NCBI GenBank assembly: GCA_037379345.1
Contig: CM074513.1
Location: forward strand, 56,275,195-56,339,194
Length of the DNA stretch: 64,000 bases
Direction of reading: 5' to 3'
Origin: Perna viridis
Taxonomy: Eukaryota
How positions within the stretch are numbered: the stretch's first letter is position 1; every line of letters starts with the position of its first letter. The translations under genes were made by a program, and so were the position numbers. Positions 39,030 to 53,933 of the stretch are shown here, piece after piece. The notes beneath the pieces were generated by a model, which ran no database searches, was not told where the DNA came from, and saw only the letters and a list, made by a program, of their open reading frames with translations.

Positions 39030-40360
39030 GGTAACCCAGTCTTATCAACCTTTTGGAAAACAACTAAAGTCTATAGGCAAACCTGTCTAGTTTTTAACGT
39101 AACCCAGTCTCATCAACCTTTTGGCAAACAACTAAGGTATCCCACTCTCATCAACCTTTTGGCAAACAACCAAGGTAACCCATACTCATCAACCTTTTGG
39201 CAAACAACTAAAGTCTATAGGCAAACCTGTCTAGTTTTTAACGTAACCCAGTCTCATCAACCTTTTGGCAAACAACTAAGGTATCCCACTCTCATCAACC
39301 TTTTGGCAAACAACCAAGGTAACCCATACTCATCAACCTTTTGGCAAACAACTAAGGTCTATAGGCAAACCTGTCCATTGTTTCTAAAGTAACCCTGTCT
39401 CATCAACCTTTGACAAACAACTAAGGACTATAGGCAAACTTGTCCACTGTTTTTAAGGTAACCCAGTCTAATCAACCTTTTGGCAAACAACTAAGGATTA
39501 TAGGCAAACTTGTCCATTATTTGTAAGGTATCCGTCTCATCAACCTTTTGGCAAACAACTAAGGTATCCCACTCTCATCAACCTTTTGGCAAACAACCAA
39601 GGTAACCCATACTCATCAACCTTTTGGCAAACAACTAAGGTCTATAGGCAAACCTGTCCATTGTTTCTAAAGTAACCCTGTCTCATCAACCTTTGACAAA
39701 CAACTAAGGACTATAGGCAAACTTGTCCACTGTTTTTAAGGTAACCCAGTCTAATCAACCTTTTGGCAAACAACTAAGGATTATAGGCAAACTTGTCCAT
39801 TATTTGTAAGGTATCCGTCTCATCAACCTTTTGGCAAACAACTAAGATAACCCAGTCTCATCAACTTTTTGGCAAACAACTAAGGACTATAGGCAAACTT
39901 GTCCATTGTTTGTAAGGTATCCCAGTCTCATCAACATTTTGGCAAACAACTAAGGTCTATAGACAAATCTGTCCATTGTTTGTAAGGTATCCCAGTCTCA
40001 TCAACCTTTTGGCAAACAACTAAGATAACCCAGTCTCATCAACTTTTTGGCAAACAACTAAGGACTATAGGCAAACTTGTCCATTGTTTGTAAGGTATCC
40101 CAGTCTCATCAACATTTTGGCAAACAACTAAGGTCTATAGACAAACCTGTCCATTGTTTGTAAGGTATCCCAGTCTCATCAACCTTTTGGCAAACAACTA
40201 AGGTAACCCAGTCTCATCAACTTTTTGGCAAACAACTAAGGACTGTAGGCAAACTTGTCCATTGTTTTTAAGATAACCCAGTCTCATCCTTTTGGCAAAC
40301 TACTAAGGTCTATAGACAAACTTCTCCATTGTTTGTAAGATATCCAAGTCTCATCATCAA
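39030..40360. repeat. Composite two-monomer minisatellite (A = 38 bp, B = 31-32 bp)
   Basis: A = ggtaacccagtctcatcaaccttttggcaaacaactaa, B = ggtctataggcaaacctgtccattgtttctaa, interspersed in higher-order blocks. Confidence 0.93.
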
Positions 40361-41324
40361 GAGATGGTTAACAGCCAAGGTCTCCTTGCCCAGTGTTTCT
40401 CTCTTACGATGCCTATTCATTTTCTATTGAACAGTATTTCCTTGTTGCTATTGATCTCTATGTCTTGTGTATTTTCTAAGAATGCTGGAGACTTGGATTA
40501 CGGATTCTGCCATGGCTTTCCTTAACTACATAATTTTACAAAGAACAATAAAGAAATAAATGATTATCAAATGAACACATCATAACAATGGCAACTGTGA
40601 TTAATACTAATTATATGAATGTGTAGAATATCATGCTCTTTTGATATTTCTAAAACCAATACCAGTTGATTACACAATGTATGAATGTGTAGAACCTCTT
40701 TTGATATTTTAAAACCAAATTCAGAGAAAATAATGACTACATTGTGTATATAGTGATTTTTTTCCTAGGCTTTAAACACTGTTAGTGTCCTACTGTGGTT
40801 TTCATTTCAAATCAATCACATAAAGTTCTAGATATTCAGTTATTGGAAAATTTCTTGTTATGTAAGCATTTCATAAGCTTCTCAAATCAGATTTAAACTG
40901 AATGCACACAATAGTGACTCAATCTTACCAGCAATGAGTTTACACATTGAATCCAATATAGACATTTCACCAGGAGACAAAGACGTGATGTAACAGATGT
41001 AGAAACTCTACCGAAAATCTATTAACATCAAATTCAGAACTTAATCCTTACAAAACCTTATCTACATCCTACTGACTGAAGTCACACAAAACATTTTATA
41101 TACAAAGGTTTATTCTCTAAATTCTGACCTGCCATTTTTGTCTACATGGTAGAAACAGATGTCTCTTCTACAAGTGAGTTTAAGGAACAAGATCTCATTG
41201 TGAAATATAATAGTTTATAATGTTTATTACATTGGAGGCTCTAAATTGTTAAAAGTTTTGTATTCATTATATTTATAAAGTAGGAAGTTATTCACAATAG
41301 TTTTCTTTCCTCTTAACTTCAAGA

Positions 41325-41600
41325 TAAATAAAAATAGAATTGATCGGTAGGAAATAAAAAATAGGATTGGAGGAAGAAAATAAAAAATAGGATTGGTAGG
41401 TAGGAAATAAAAAAATAGGATTGGAGGTAGGAAATAAAAAAATAAGATTGGAGGTAGGAAATAGAAAATAGGATTAGTAGGTAGGAAATGAAAAATAGAA
41501 TTGATAGATAGGAATTAAAAAATAGGATTGGAGGTAGGAAATAAAAAAAATAAGATTGGAGGTAGGAAATAAAAAAAAAAAGGATTGGAGGTAGGAAATG
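41325..41600. repeat. About 26-28-bp purine-rich minisatellite
   Basis: Repeats of ggtaggaaataaaaaataggattgga, about 10 copies. Confidence 0.88.
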
Positions 41601-44600
41601 TCATTTTACCTTAAATTTTTATCATATTCTTCTTTAATAATTTCTTTAAAAAATCAATAAATCAATACAAACAGAAATACCAGACTTCCATTTCAGGTTA
41701 TATTTTCTATTCTTTGAAAACTATTAGTGCCTAGGTATATAGTGTTTTGACTTGTAATTTGTTTGTTAAACAAATATAATGACAGGTAAAATCAATTAAA
41801 TTAAAACTAATAACAACAAAAGTAAAATAGTAAGAAAAAAAGAAACACTTCAAAAAACTTTTCTTGTTGGTAGATTTTTTTCTTGATGGATTAAAGTGAA
41901 ACCTGGCATAGGTGAAGACAATAAGCCCAGGTTAATAAGACAGGAGAATATTGTGAATTACCATCAAATAAGAGAACAGGTTAAAATATTATAGAAAATA
42001 TGCATGATGCCACTTTTGGGGACAGTTTGTCATGAAGTTATGCCATGTGATTTAATCCTTCTGTTATATGTTAAAGGATATTTCATTTTAGCACTTCAAA
42101 AAGAATGTTTCATGGTGTTTATTTTTTTCATTTTAAATATTATTCAAAGCACTTCTCACATGTGTGGGGCTATGGCCAGTATTGGTAGCAAATCTCTCAA
42201 CACTGTATGTAAACAAACCATGGAAATGGCAAAATATGTAAAATGAACAAACGTTTAAAAAAATGAATGCACTTGAATGAACACTACATAAGATTTTCAG
42301 TTATTCTAGGGTTTATTTACAATGGGCCATAAGTTCATTGAAAACAATAGGACTTTTTTGTTAATTAACCTCCATAGTATGTTCTTCATTCATGTAAATA
42401 GATCAGAAGTCAGAAATATTGTTTCTTACAAATCTCACTTTGAACCATCAGTAAAAGCAAATAAAACTGTAATCTTTATCATGAATTATCAGTAGAATCA
42501 TCCTAGCTTGCACTCTTTATAACTTTGCCCTATATCAGCTGTACCATTACTACCCTTCTCTACCTGAACCTGAACAACCTTACTAATTCTACATAAGAGA
42601 TAATCTCTACAATTCTACAATTTTACCAACATGTTTTTTTGAAATCCAATCTTGCCTTGCTCGTTTGTTGAATGAAGAACATAGTGCACTTTAATTTGTA
42701 TAATATAAATGGGTTTTAAATAAGATTATCAGATCTCTAAAACAGTTTGGAATCACTGTGGCACTTTGTGGAAGATGAAATATCAAGAAAATGTATATTC
42801 AGCACCATCTGGATCATCAAAGGTTATATAAAGGCATTTATACTCATTCCATCATGTGTAGTCCTAATTCATAAATAATTTACTAATGAAATCATGGACT
42901 GCTGAAATCTCAAAGGAAATACTTCAACTAAAGATGGTACTCCTATTTTAACATCAATGTGCATTACCTTAAAATTGAGCTTTTTAATTGATGTACTTTA
43001 GAGAATTATAAAAACATACTACAGTATCAGTCCATATAAAATTCAGACACTAACTATGGTAGAGGTAATTCAAAAATGGTGCTTTTTTGGTGTACATATG
43101 CTACATTTTTACATAATAATAGTCCTTCCTGTAATCAGATCTGTATTTTTGAGCAAACCATACATTCATCTCCCACTAAAATCAACCAAATCAAACAGAA
43201 TCATGAACTGAACTCTTGCCAATTTTATACACACATAATTTGTATCATGAAAGTGCAACCACTGGTTATGTGGTTGGTAACTATTTCTAAATAAAAGATA
43301 AAAATGAATTTGGTGGGTTTTTGACATGTATAAATCACCTCCTGTCTGATTTTTAAAGACTGCAACGTTAAAAGAGTCCTTCATTGATAACTTGACAACA
43401 AGGAAGAGGTCTACTGGTATGTCTGCTTAGGCTTTAATCAAATTCTGTCAAAGGAAGACAAAATGAAAAAGAAAACTGAGTAACCACAAATACACCTAGC
43501 TATGTTTTTTTTTTAATTTTGGATAGGGCACTAGTGTTACCTCATCCACATCTCCTTTTTATTGTCAGAAAATATAGTACTGGTACACATGTTTTGGAAT
43601 AGGAAGGAAACTTCTTTTGCAAAATACATGCACTGAAAACATGAAAGAAACCAATATAGACTTATAGATCTATGATGTCAACACCTACTAGCTCTGAACT
43701 TTCAATTTAATTGGACTTTTTCTGTCTACAATTCTACAGTATAAGTTGTGACCTATCTATGAAGAATGTAACTAAATAGTCATGTCTTCCTTTCATCATT
43801 TCTAGGTTTTCACTTCCATTTACCCATACATTCAGACCAGATGATACCCCCCTTTGTGCTTTTTACTACCAAATTACAGACAAATTATATTTAATTAAAG
43901 TATCATAGCTAAATCAGCAAAAATAATTACATCCAAAACCATTTCTGCCATTGTTATATTTGTACTGGCCTTGGTTTTAACCTCAAAAAGTTTAAACAGC
44001 ATGTGGGTTCAATAAACCATAAGGAGTCACCGAGTGCAAACAGTAACTCACACAAACCTGGCAATAAAATTAACTATATTTTATAATTTAATGGTTTTTA
44101 TTGGCACAATTTAAAATCTTTCTTTCTTCATTATCTACTGAAGTTAATTTACATTTTATCAAAATTAAATGCAGTGTGTTGCCAGAATATGACTTTATGG
44201 GATTAAATATAGAAGAAATTTAGCAGCAAGAAGGTGACTCAGTACAAACATGATTACCTGACAACTGTGGTGAAATTTGACATGTTTTGACACAAACTAT
44301 AGAAATTTTGACCTACATACAGATTGATGTTATTGTTTTTCATGGTAAAGCTTTTAGATAATATACTTTTTATTTTATAAATGCATTACTTATAGTTAGT
44401 AACCTACAGTTATCTTTCTTTTACTTTATTATGTTAATTTTAATCAAAGAAGGAAATGTGGCCTCATTTTTCAAACACAGCAATTATGGCTGAAAAAGCT
44501 TCGTTGAAGTTAAGACCTTGCTTAATACAAAACCAAATATACCCGTCTATGTCTTCTGAAACTCATTCTAAACAACTTTAAAGATTTTTTCTGACAGATC

Positions 44601-47239
44601 CTAACATTCATTCCAATTGAATATCAAACCTTACAATATAGACTTCACAGGCAATCAATGTTGTATACACGAGTCTGTAACCAGCACAAAACCTAATGAA
44701 TTGATGATTTTTTTTTTCGATCTAATTTGAAATACCTGATCAATAACTTAGTGTGATATATTTTCTGAATATTGACTGATTATATTGTTTAAAACAAGAT
44801 TTTCTATAAGGCATGCTTTTAATACTTTCATCGTATTGCTTTTACAAAAAAAAACAAAAAAAAAACTATAATTCGATTTGTTCATGCTTTGTAAAACCAA
44901 CTTGTAGTAATATAATTTGTTCTTAGATGATAATTTTTTTCTGATAATACTGAGTAAGTTTTCATGTAACTAAGCCAAAATAATTCATTGTCTAAGATGG
45001 TATAGATGAGAACCCTAAATTATACCACATAGCTCAGATGGCTATCTTTAACAATAATATAACCTACATTCATCATTAAGATCACTGCATTTGACAATCT
45101 TTTTTCTAGAATACTGTCATCTCTTTGAGGCAATGTAAACAAATGCCAACTGATAATAGATCTGTGTTCCTAAACCATGTAAGCTTCATTTATTCTTGGT
45201 GACAATTTAATTAAAGGGGGAGGGGGTAATAGCATCAACAAAAATTACATTTCACTAGGTTTTCACATCATGTACTTTGACATAAAATTTAATGTCTAAT
45301 ATGGATAGAATAAGCTTTACAAAAGCCATGTTCATCCTAACAACAAATTGTTCACATTGAAGAATTTATATAAAGTAGGACTCCATATAAATAAAAACCC
45401 CCATGATGGCCCAACACATTTAACATTGTACAATATGAAAATTACTTCCATAAATTAAAAGAAGGCATGCTTCACAACTGTGTGTGTTAATGCAGTCTTT
45501 TACCCTCTCCCAGTCAAGGTTCTATAGTATCAAACACAATTACCCTAAAGAATCCTTTAATATATCTCTGACAGTTGTGAAAAATTAAGATGGCAGATAA
45601 ATATATTTGTACGCAGGCACCACAATAAGAAATATGTATCATTCTAAATGAGTTATGCAAGACAAGTTATCAGGTACAGTTGGCCTGCACTCAAAAACTT
45701 ATGACAAAGTGCCAAGCATCAAGAAAACAAATTGATTTTTTAAACAAATGCTCATCTTAATACATTTGATTATATTTGTACTATACAGATAGAAAATTCA
45801 CCAGACACAGACTGATAATACAGAAAGTTAAACTCAAACCAATCAGCCATCAATATTTTTAGTGAGATCATTACGTTGAAAGTGATAAATTCCCTACATT
45901 ACATGGTTTCGGCTTTTTATATATCATTTCCATCATATTTTCCTGGCAGATTTATTATTTGTTGCATTTCTTTGCCATGAACAAGCAGTGTACTCAATCA
46001 CAAAATTACATCACAATTTGATTCATAAACACTGAAAAACAACATTTCTAGCTATATTTTTGGGGGATAGTGAATTAATTAAACAGTCATCTGTCTGAAC
46101 TGACTGTTAATGGAAATCTTATAAATTCTCAAACAAGCACTGTATAACCTAAAGGAAATCAGATCCTCGCTCTAATGTGCCAAATAAGTACCTTGTAACC
46201 CCAGCAAAAAATCAATCATACACATCGCTTTCTCATCAATCAAAATTTCCAGGAATTATCTCCCTTCATTCAAAGGTTAGGTAATTGAGTAAACAATGTC
46301 AACAAACTGGATTGGAAATAATCAAAATAAGTCAATATGAAATTCTCCCAATCCATGACTAGTACCTCATTCAATACACAGCAACTATATAGATCTAGTG
46401 AAATCTACCCTATTCCATAACTTGTGATGATGAGTTTTGTGAAGGTGATTTAACCAACATTCTTACAAGAAGAAAACTTTTGTGTATAGTTAATATGCAC
46501 TTCAGAAGTACAGACTTCCACAAATTCATTTTCTAAGCTATTTGAAAAGATGCAAATTACCAGAACAGAAAAATTCATATAATTGCATTTTTATTTCAAT
46601 TAAATGGCAGTAAAAGTAACTCTATTCTAATAAATCACACTCAACTGTTTCTAAAGGTGCAAAGAACCCTTAGGGACTCCCACAGTACACATGACCTTGT
46701 TAATAATGAGATGCAAATTATCAGAGAACTGTGCAAGGCACTTCATCACTCTGTATGTAAATGTGTTTTATATGTTGCAGGTAAAATGACACTTAAGACA
46801 AGGCTTGAAAGAAGTCTGCATGTCTCTGAGGAAAAATCTAGTATGGAAAGACTTATAACCATCCTTAAGAAATGCATTTGTAAGCTATAACACTAAAAAT
46901 CCTTTATGATTATTTATCATTGAAATAAACATCAGTAGAAGAATATATTTTAATGTGCTGCATGATAATTATAATGTCAACTTGGGAAAGTGAAACAAAC
47001 ACAGAAATGGTGAAACTTATACCTTAACATAACTAGAAACTGGCGTCTTTGGCTTTTTAAATTGTTACTCTCAACCTAGCCTTTTCAAACAGATTGCTGG
47101 AAAGGTTATCTCTCATTAAAAAAAATAAAATCAGAATTCTTAGAACAAGACGTGTAAACAAGACAGGCCTAACCAACAGAATCATAACTTTTACAGGAAT
47201 CTTCACAACCTGATCAGACCTTCAATACAGTGGTGTGAA

Positions 47240-47342
47240 ATACAACATAATGGCACTATCAAAACAAAGACTTGTGCAGTACAACATAACAACACTACCA
47301 AAACAAAGACTTGTGCAGTACAACATAATGGCACTACCAAGA
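47240..47342. repeat. 39-bp tandem repeat, about 2.5 copies
   Basis: tacaacataatggcactaccaaaacaaagacttgtgcag repeated. Confidence 0.8.
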
Positions 47343-47843
47343 ACAATCACCTGACATTATCAGGTAAAATTTGAATAATTGTTATGTACTGCATGTTAAT
47401 AAGGAAATAAATATAACAAATTTGATCTTTATAAACCAACAAAGTCTATAACTTCTTACTCTGGAATATACCTCATGAACTTATATCAACAGAGAGAGCT
47501 TCAGGACACAGACATAAACCACTGTCTGTAGATCAATATCTTCAGTTTTATAAGGGCAATTCTTTAAATAATCTATATAACAGGTTCCTACAATCCAAAT
47601 GTATAAAAAAAGGATTACTTGTATATATCTAAAATTTCTCATAAATACTGACGTTTTAGCAAAATCCATGACTCTCTCCAATCTAAGTTTGTTATGGCTG
47701 TATGTAATGTTTCAGTACTCTTCTCAATTGTGTTAACACATAAATGGAAATATAAAGTACACTGATATTAAATGTTGATCCTGAATGAAAAAAACAATCT
47801 GTTGATGCTGAGAAAAGTATGATGGGGAAATATGATGCTAATA

Positions 47844-48168
47844 GGGTATGTAAGTCTCATTGTGTGACCCCGTGATTTCACGAGAATGGGTCCCAGTTTA
47901 CAATTCAAAAGCACTTAGAGAGCATTGAGTTCAGTGTTAAGGGCAAAAATCTTATTGTGTAAAAAATACCGATCAAAATGACAAATAACTATTTCTACAT
48001 TATAAACGTGTAAGAAAAAACATAAACTCGGGGATTTCTGCATTGTTACACAGCGTTACGAGTACCCGGAAGTAAACAATAAAATACAGATCGGTCTTCC
48101 GTTTTCAATACGTTTTACATCGGAAATTCCGGTGAAGAAAATGAAACTAGAATGAGACTTACATACTT
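47844..48168. mobile_element. MITE, about 325 bp
   Basis: Perfect 16-bp IR gtatgtaagtctcatt (47846-61) / aatgagacttacatac (48151-66), extendable to about 23 bp with 2 mismatches. CpG-rich interior. Confidence 0.72.
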
Positions 48169-48744
48169 TATTACCTGAAAGTCCTTTAAGAAAGTAGGAA
48201 TTTAACTAACCTGAATCAGTAAGCCCAGCCTGTTGCCATTAAATGAAGTCTCAAAACAAATATCAAGAAGATGCAACTACTAGTAGCTGAGAAAAGTGTG
48301 ACAGAAATGTTGCCATCTACCATTTTAATAAAAAAAACTTGGTTGTAAAACAGGAAACAAAAGTGCCACAGATGAGTGAGTGAGGGGGTTTTTAACGTCC
48401 TAGACTACCCTATGCCACAGATCTTTAAATACCCAGATATATGGGACCCCTAACTAAACTGTGTACAGAATATCAAGTGGTTGAGAAATGAGTGATGAAA
48501 AATGTTGCCACTACTGTAAATGTTTAGTATAAACAGGAAGTACAAAAAAAGACAGGCCTTAATTCAATTAGCATGGTATGGAACCTCTCACTGCAATTCT
48601 GTACAAAAGAACAAAAAGGTTGTGATTTGTACTTTTGAAGATAAATGTTCCAAGAAATATTTGTTTTTTTTGGAGCTGGGTTATATAATGATAATCACTA
48701 CAGCATTTAACAAGATAAGGCACACAAAACCTTATGATTTGAGT

Positions 48745-49845
48745 AACAGTAACCTACATCATTAGTCACTGTAACCTGTATTATTAGACACTGTATCCTA
48801 CATAATAAGCCATGGCAACTCACATTATTAGTCACTGTAATCTACATTATTAGCCATGATAACCTACTTTATTAGTCACTGTAACCTACATTATTAGTCA
48901 CAATAACCTACTTTATTAGTCACTGTAATCTACATTATTAGCCACGATAACATGCTTTATTAGTCACGAAAACCTACATTATTAGTCATTGTAACCTACA
49001 TTATTAGCCATGGTAACCTGCATTATTAGTCAATGTAACCTACATTATTAGTCAATGTAACCTACATTATTAGTCATTGTAACCTACATTATTAGCCATG
49101 CTAACCTACATCATTAGTCACTGTAACCTGTAATTATTGGTTATTTGTAACCTACATTATTAGTCATTGTAACCTACATTATTAGCCATGGTAACCTGCA
49201 TTATTAGTCAATGTAACCTACATTATTAGTCAATGTAACCTACATTATTAGTCATTGTAACCTACATTATTAGCCATGCTAACCTACATCATTAGTCACT
49301 GTAACCTGTAATTATTGGTCATTGTAACCTACATTATTAGCTATGGTAACCTACATTATTAGTCATGGAAACCTACATTATTAATCACTGAAACCTACAT
49401 TATCAGCCATTGTAACCTATATAATTAGCCATGGTAACCTACACTATTAGTCATGGTAACCTACATTATTAGCCATGATAACCTACACTATTAGTCAATG
49501 TAACCTACATTATTAGCCAATGTAACCTACATTATTAGTTATTGTAACCTACATTATTAGCCATGGTAACCTACATTATTAGCCATGATAACCTACATTA
49601 TTAGCCATGATAACCTACATTATTAGTCAATGTAACCTACATTATTAGTCAATGTAACCTACATTATTATTTATTGTAACCTACATTATTAGCCATGGTA
49701 ACCTAGATTATTAGTCCATGTAACCTACATTATTAGTCATTGTAACCTACAATATTAGCCATGGTAACCTGCATTATTAGTCAATGTAACCTACATTATT
49801 AGCCATGATAACCTACTTTATCAATCACTGTAACCTACATTACAC
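48745..49845. repeat. 22-bp minisatellite, about 50 copies
   Basis: Unit gtaacctacattattagtcatt (variants gccatg, gtcaat). Confidence 0.95.
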
Positions 49846-51349
49846 TGATGTAAAACATGTATGTAGTTAGAAAAAAAAAACAAGTTCATTTTAAAAAAAA
49901 ACTGGAACTACAATAAGTTTGAAGGTTATAGTAAGCAGTCAAAATATAAATTGATTGACTTTAATTTGGCAGCTGATTTATTTTGGTTTTTTTTTCCTAC
50001 AAAGAAAGGTAACTAAAGAAAGGTAACTCTGTATAAAACCATGTGAAGGTGTTGGTGTACAAAGAAACATAACTCTGTTGGTCTTACACATTCACTAATT
50101 ACACTCCTTAGATCAATAACAGAAATGTCATTAACACACATTCTTATCATATAAACTCAAATACAGGGAATTTTAGTAAAATCTAAACCCTTCTGATATT
50201 GATTAAGACATAGTAGAATAAAAGTAATTAATTTGTACCAAGGACAGGAAAAACAGGGAAAGAAATTATTTATGCATATTTTCTATTTTTAGCTTTCCCT
50301 TGAGGAATGTAATTTATTGTAGGCGCAGCTTATTAGACATTCTATAGAAACAGCTCTCTAGACCAGAATTATAGGGACTGCCTTAGTTGACCTAGATTTT
50401 AAAAGCCAATGGCTTAGCGGAAATAATTTGGTCAAATTAAATAAGAATTGTTAAGTGTAAATTAGCCACTCATGTTCTTAAGTCTATGTATCTAATTTCA
50501 CACTGATAAAAATAAGTGAAAAATATTTAAGGTATAAAATAAAATTTTAAACAGTTTTCAAAACATCACAAAGTCATTTTACATGTCTACTAAATATAAG
50601 TTTTTGAAGCCTGTTAAGGTCAAGTTGTCAGGTCATCCGACTAGATATTTCAAAAGACAGACACACTTACATGATAACATGTGATAAATGATTAACCATA
50701 TGTATATGTACATGTGTTCATATAAACAGGCTTGATTTACTGTAACAATCTAAACTTTTAAACAGCTATCAATGTGATGACATTATTGTAACTGACCAAT
50801 TAAATCACAAAATGTGACAAAAAATCCCCATTTGGACATCAAAATATATCTTCTCAATCATATGAACTAAAGTGTCTGAAAAGGTGAGACATAAACACAT
50901 TCAGGTATAATTCATCTTAGAGGTGTCATGTAACCTGTACCTGTGGGTAATACCTTTCAATCAGACAGAGGAACAGTTTCCTGATAGGTCTGGTCACTGT
51001 CAATCATTTAATTGTAGCCACATTGCATTTACAATTATATACCATAAATGTCTATCTATATATTCCTGAGAAAGATCTACAGATTTAAATTTAAAATACA
51101 CAAGCACTAGTACTCCAGAGAAAGGCCTGAGTACTATATTGTCTTAACCTTAAAACTCATGTCCAACTATAACACTAATAGTATCAATATATTTTGTATG
51201 ACATTTTAGAACAAGATGTAATGTCTTTTATAGGCACAAAAGCCCCTTCCCCTAAATATGCAAATGAAGATTTTCAGTGATTTTGTAGTGATGAGAGAAA
51301 GAAAAGCAAATGGGTCATTTCTGATCTGTAAAAACATGATTAATGCAGT

Positions 51350-51565
51350 AGACTTCTTACAATTCGGCTTCTGGGACAGGGTTATGTTGCTACAAGAGTA
51401 AAGTCATCACTATAGAAGTTTTATGGTTGTCATCATGAACTCAAGGATCGTTACAGTGTATCCATCTGCATCATGAAAAATTATTTGTTCAATGAGCCAT
51501 AGTTTTCCTTTCCTCTATCGTCTACCACAGACTTTAACTTTTCATGAGCAACTTGGTAGGTGTTT
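51350..51565 (+). mobile_element. Decayed retroelement fragment (C-terminal RT region, Penelope-like) with in-frame stop
   Basis: Translates as RLLTIRLLGQGYVATRVKSSL*KFYGCHHELKDRYSVSI, resembling the LLTRKLLNQG...KSSLRKFYGRHHDLVDRY motif of an abundant bivalve retroelement family. From memory. Confidence 0.55.
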
Positions 51566-51604
51566 CTAAAAAAATTACAGTTATACATCTAAATTATGTA
51601 GAAC

Positions 51605-52112
51605 CACGTGCAGGTCCGGGTGTTAAAAGAATAGGCCTGCAGCAGCGCTAAGCTTGTCGTAAAAGGTGACTAAACTGTGCTCAGAAACCTAGATGGGGGG
51701 TAGGCGCTCTGCCCACAGAGCAACTGGGATGTGTGCCCCAGGTGGTGGAATAGGGTACCCCTGGCGTGTTACATGCTGGGGTTGTCAGGCTATAATACGA
51801 AAAACCTGACCGCAAACCATAGTGGTGCACTGTGTTGGGAAAGATGCCACGTTCCTCGCACGTTAAAGAACCCTGCTGTGGTATTCGATAGGAGTAGGAA
51901 TCTTTGCACTCCGCCACAGGAGGCTAAATTGCCCGACCCTGCCCATCCCTCCCTTTTATCTTGTGGCAATCAAAATTTGTCAACCCCATTATCCTTGTGT
52001 CCCATCCTTTTTTTTCATTTCATCATCATTTCATGTTCATTTTATCATCCATTTCATGTTCATTGTCTGAATATAGCTGAAATATTGCAGCTCGGACGTT
52101 AAACCCCAACAA
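51605..52112 (+). mobile_element. SINE with Nin/Deu-like conserved domain
   Basis: GC-rich island containing cttgtcgtaaaaggtgactaaa and gcacgttaaagaaccc...tattcgataggagtagg, with the 3' tail atagctgaaatattgc...ggacgttaaaccccaacaa. Confidence 0.6.
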
Positions 52113-53933
52113 ATTACGAGGAAGAGCATGACAGGCTATACACCAGTGCCATACCACAGTAAGATTGACCAATATTTCACAGACATCTATCATACTTGCA
52201 TTTTCATCATCTTATGTAACTTAGAAACCTAGAAACATGGAAAGTTACCTTTTAGTTCTATGATCAGTCACTCTGAAATCACTTGTTTGGAACTTCATGT
52301 AGCAAGGAAATGGATTATATATTACAATAAAGTTTAACCAAATACATGTAGTTCCCTTCTCTGATGATTCATTAATATCTACATTGTGTAGACTTTGGTT
52401 CTTTCACTCAGTAGATTTTTCTGAAGTACCGGTATACATCAGGAAAAAGCTGACGAAGTTCATTCACTGTTACATTGTATGTATCAAATGCACAGAAGAG
52501 AAAAATTAAAAAAACAATGACGAATGTGCAACTGATAGTTTGAATACATGTACTTATAAAGCAGTGACCATAGAAAGCCACTTCAGCCAAATACAGACAA
52601 GATTTAACAAATATTTGGGTGTGTTAATGATTTATAGGAATGGTTCAAACTATGATATATTGTACTATTCAAAAATACTTCCATATTGTTCATTAAATGG
52701 ATGTTCATTATCACATTCTCAGCAGGAATGAAAAACAAAAATAGTAAGTGATATATGCCTCCAAAGGATTACATGTACTTTATTCAAAAGCTTATTCCAC
52801 AAGGATATTCTATCACATGTCAACCTCATGGAGAAATTTCAAACTGTCATGTTTTTATTTCTTTCAAAAAAGTCAGAATTGGAAAATCTCTATGCAATGT
52901 TTCCGCCAGTATAAGAAGACAAATTCAATTTTAATTTGACAAAGGATTCATATGCTTCCTACATTCATTACCTATACAGAATTCAATTAATAGAAACATT
53001 TACGGTAGACCACCAACTGTGTACATAATGGATGTGACATTTTCAGGGTAGACAAACCCTGCAGACCCCATGCTATTTCTATCGCTTCTCATGGAAATGC
53101 ATGAAAGCTTACAACCTGTTGGAAGTAATAACACTGACTATAATCATTCATTTTCTCATTATGTAAAAATTTCTCCATTTTCCAATATTTTTCTCTGGGT
53201 TATAATTGTTTAGTTTGTCATCAATCTGTCTATAATCCCATGTTACTATAAATAGAAGGACAAGAAAAAATCCTAAAAACGTTCATATTTCCAAAGACTG
53301 TTACACTTTTAAGTCACTCCTATTTAATTTGTGGATTGAAGGTACATGGCAGTATCTGTCCATAAATTATCATTTACAGAAATAAAGTAGTCTAACAATC
53401 ATATTTAGTACATGTAATTAAGTATTTAAAAACAGTTTGAACATAGTATATATATATATTTTTTTTTTGGGGGGGAGGGGGGAGGTGGTTAATGTATACA
53501 ATGTACTTACATGATTTTCATTCATGCATTTCTAGTATTAATCTTAAGATGGAAATGAATAAAAAATGTAAAAATGGGACCATAGAGTTGGGGGAAAAAA
53601 AACGAATTTGATGACATGTTTGTATGTAGGATACATAAGCCACTGACAACTTTAATATTTTAAGAAGAAACATAAAATGTGACAACTTTGAATAAAATAC
53701 TGGAACATGTATCATCTTTATGCAGACATCTGTATGTTGTTCCTAAGCTGACCTCTAGTCTGTAAAGCATGATAATCCTAGGTTTGTATTCCTCTAGATT
53801 TGGTACAAACACTCAACTCATTAAATAGAACTCTTTAACAAGTCCTATTAAGGTGCTGTGTTAGCCGTACTAGTACTGCATATATAAACATAGCAATGAA
53901 CTCATAAAACATAAAAAACATGAAGATTCTTAC

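Noticed and set aside
39030-40360. CRISPR-like alternation of a 38-bp repeat with about 32-bp intervening sequence
   Set aside because: The intervening sequences are copies of one monomer rather than unique spacers. The context is a eukaryotic intron with no cas genes.
48205-48240. Minus-strand ATG...TTCAG|gttagt as another first exon
   Set aside because: An in-frame TGA precedes the donor and there is no other support.
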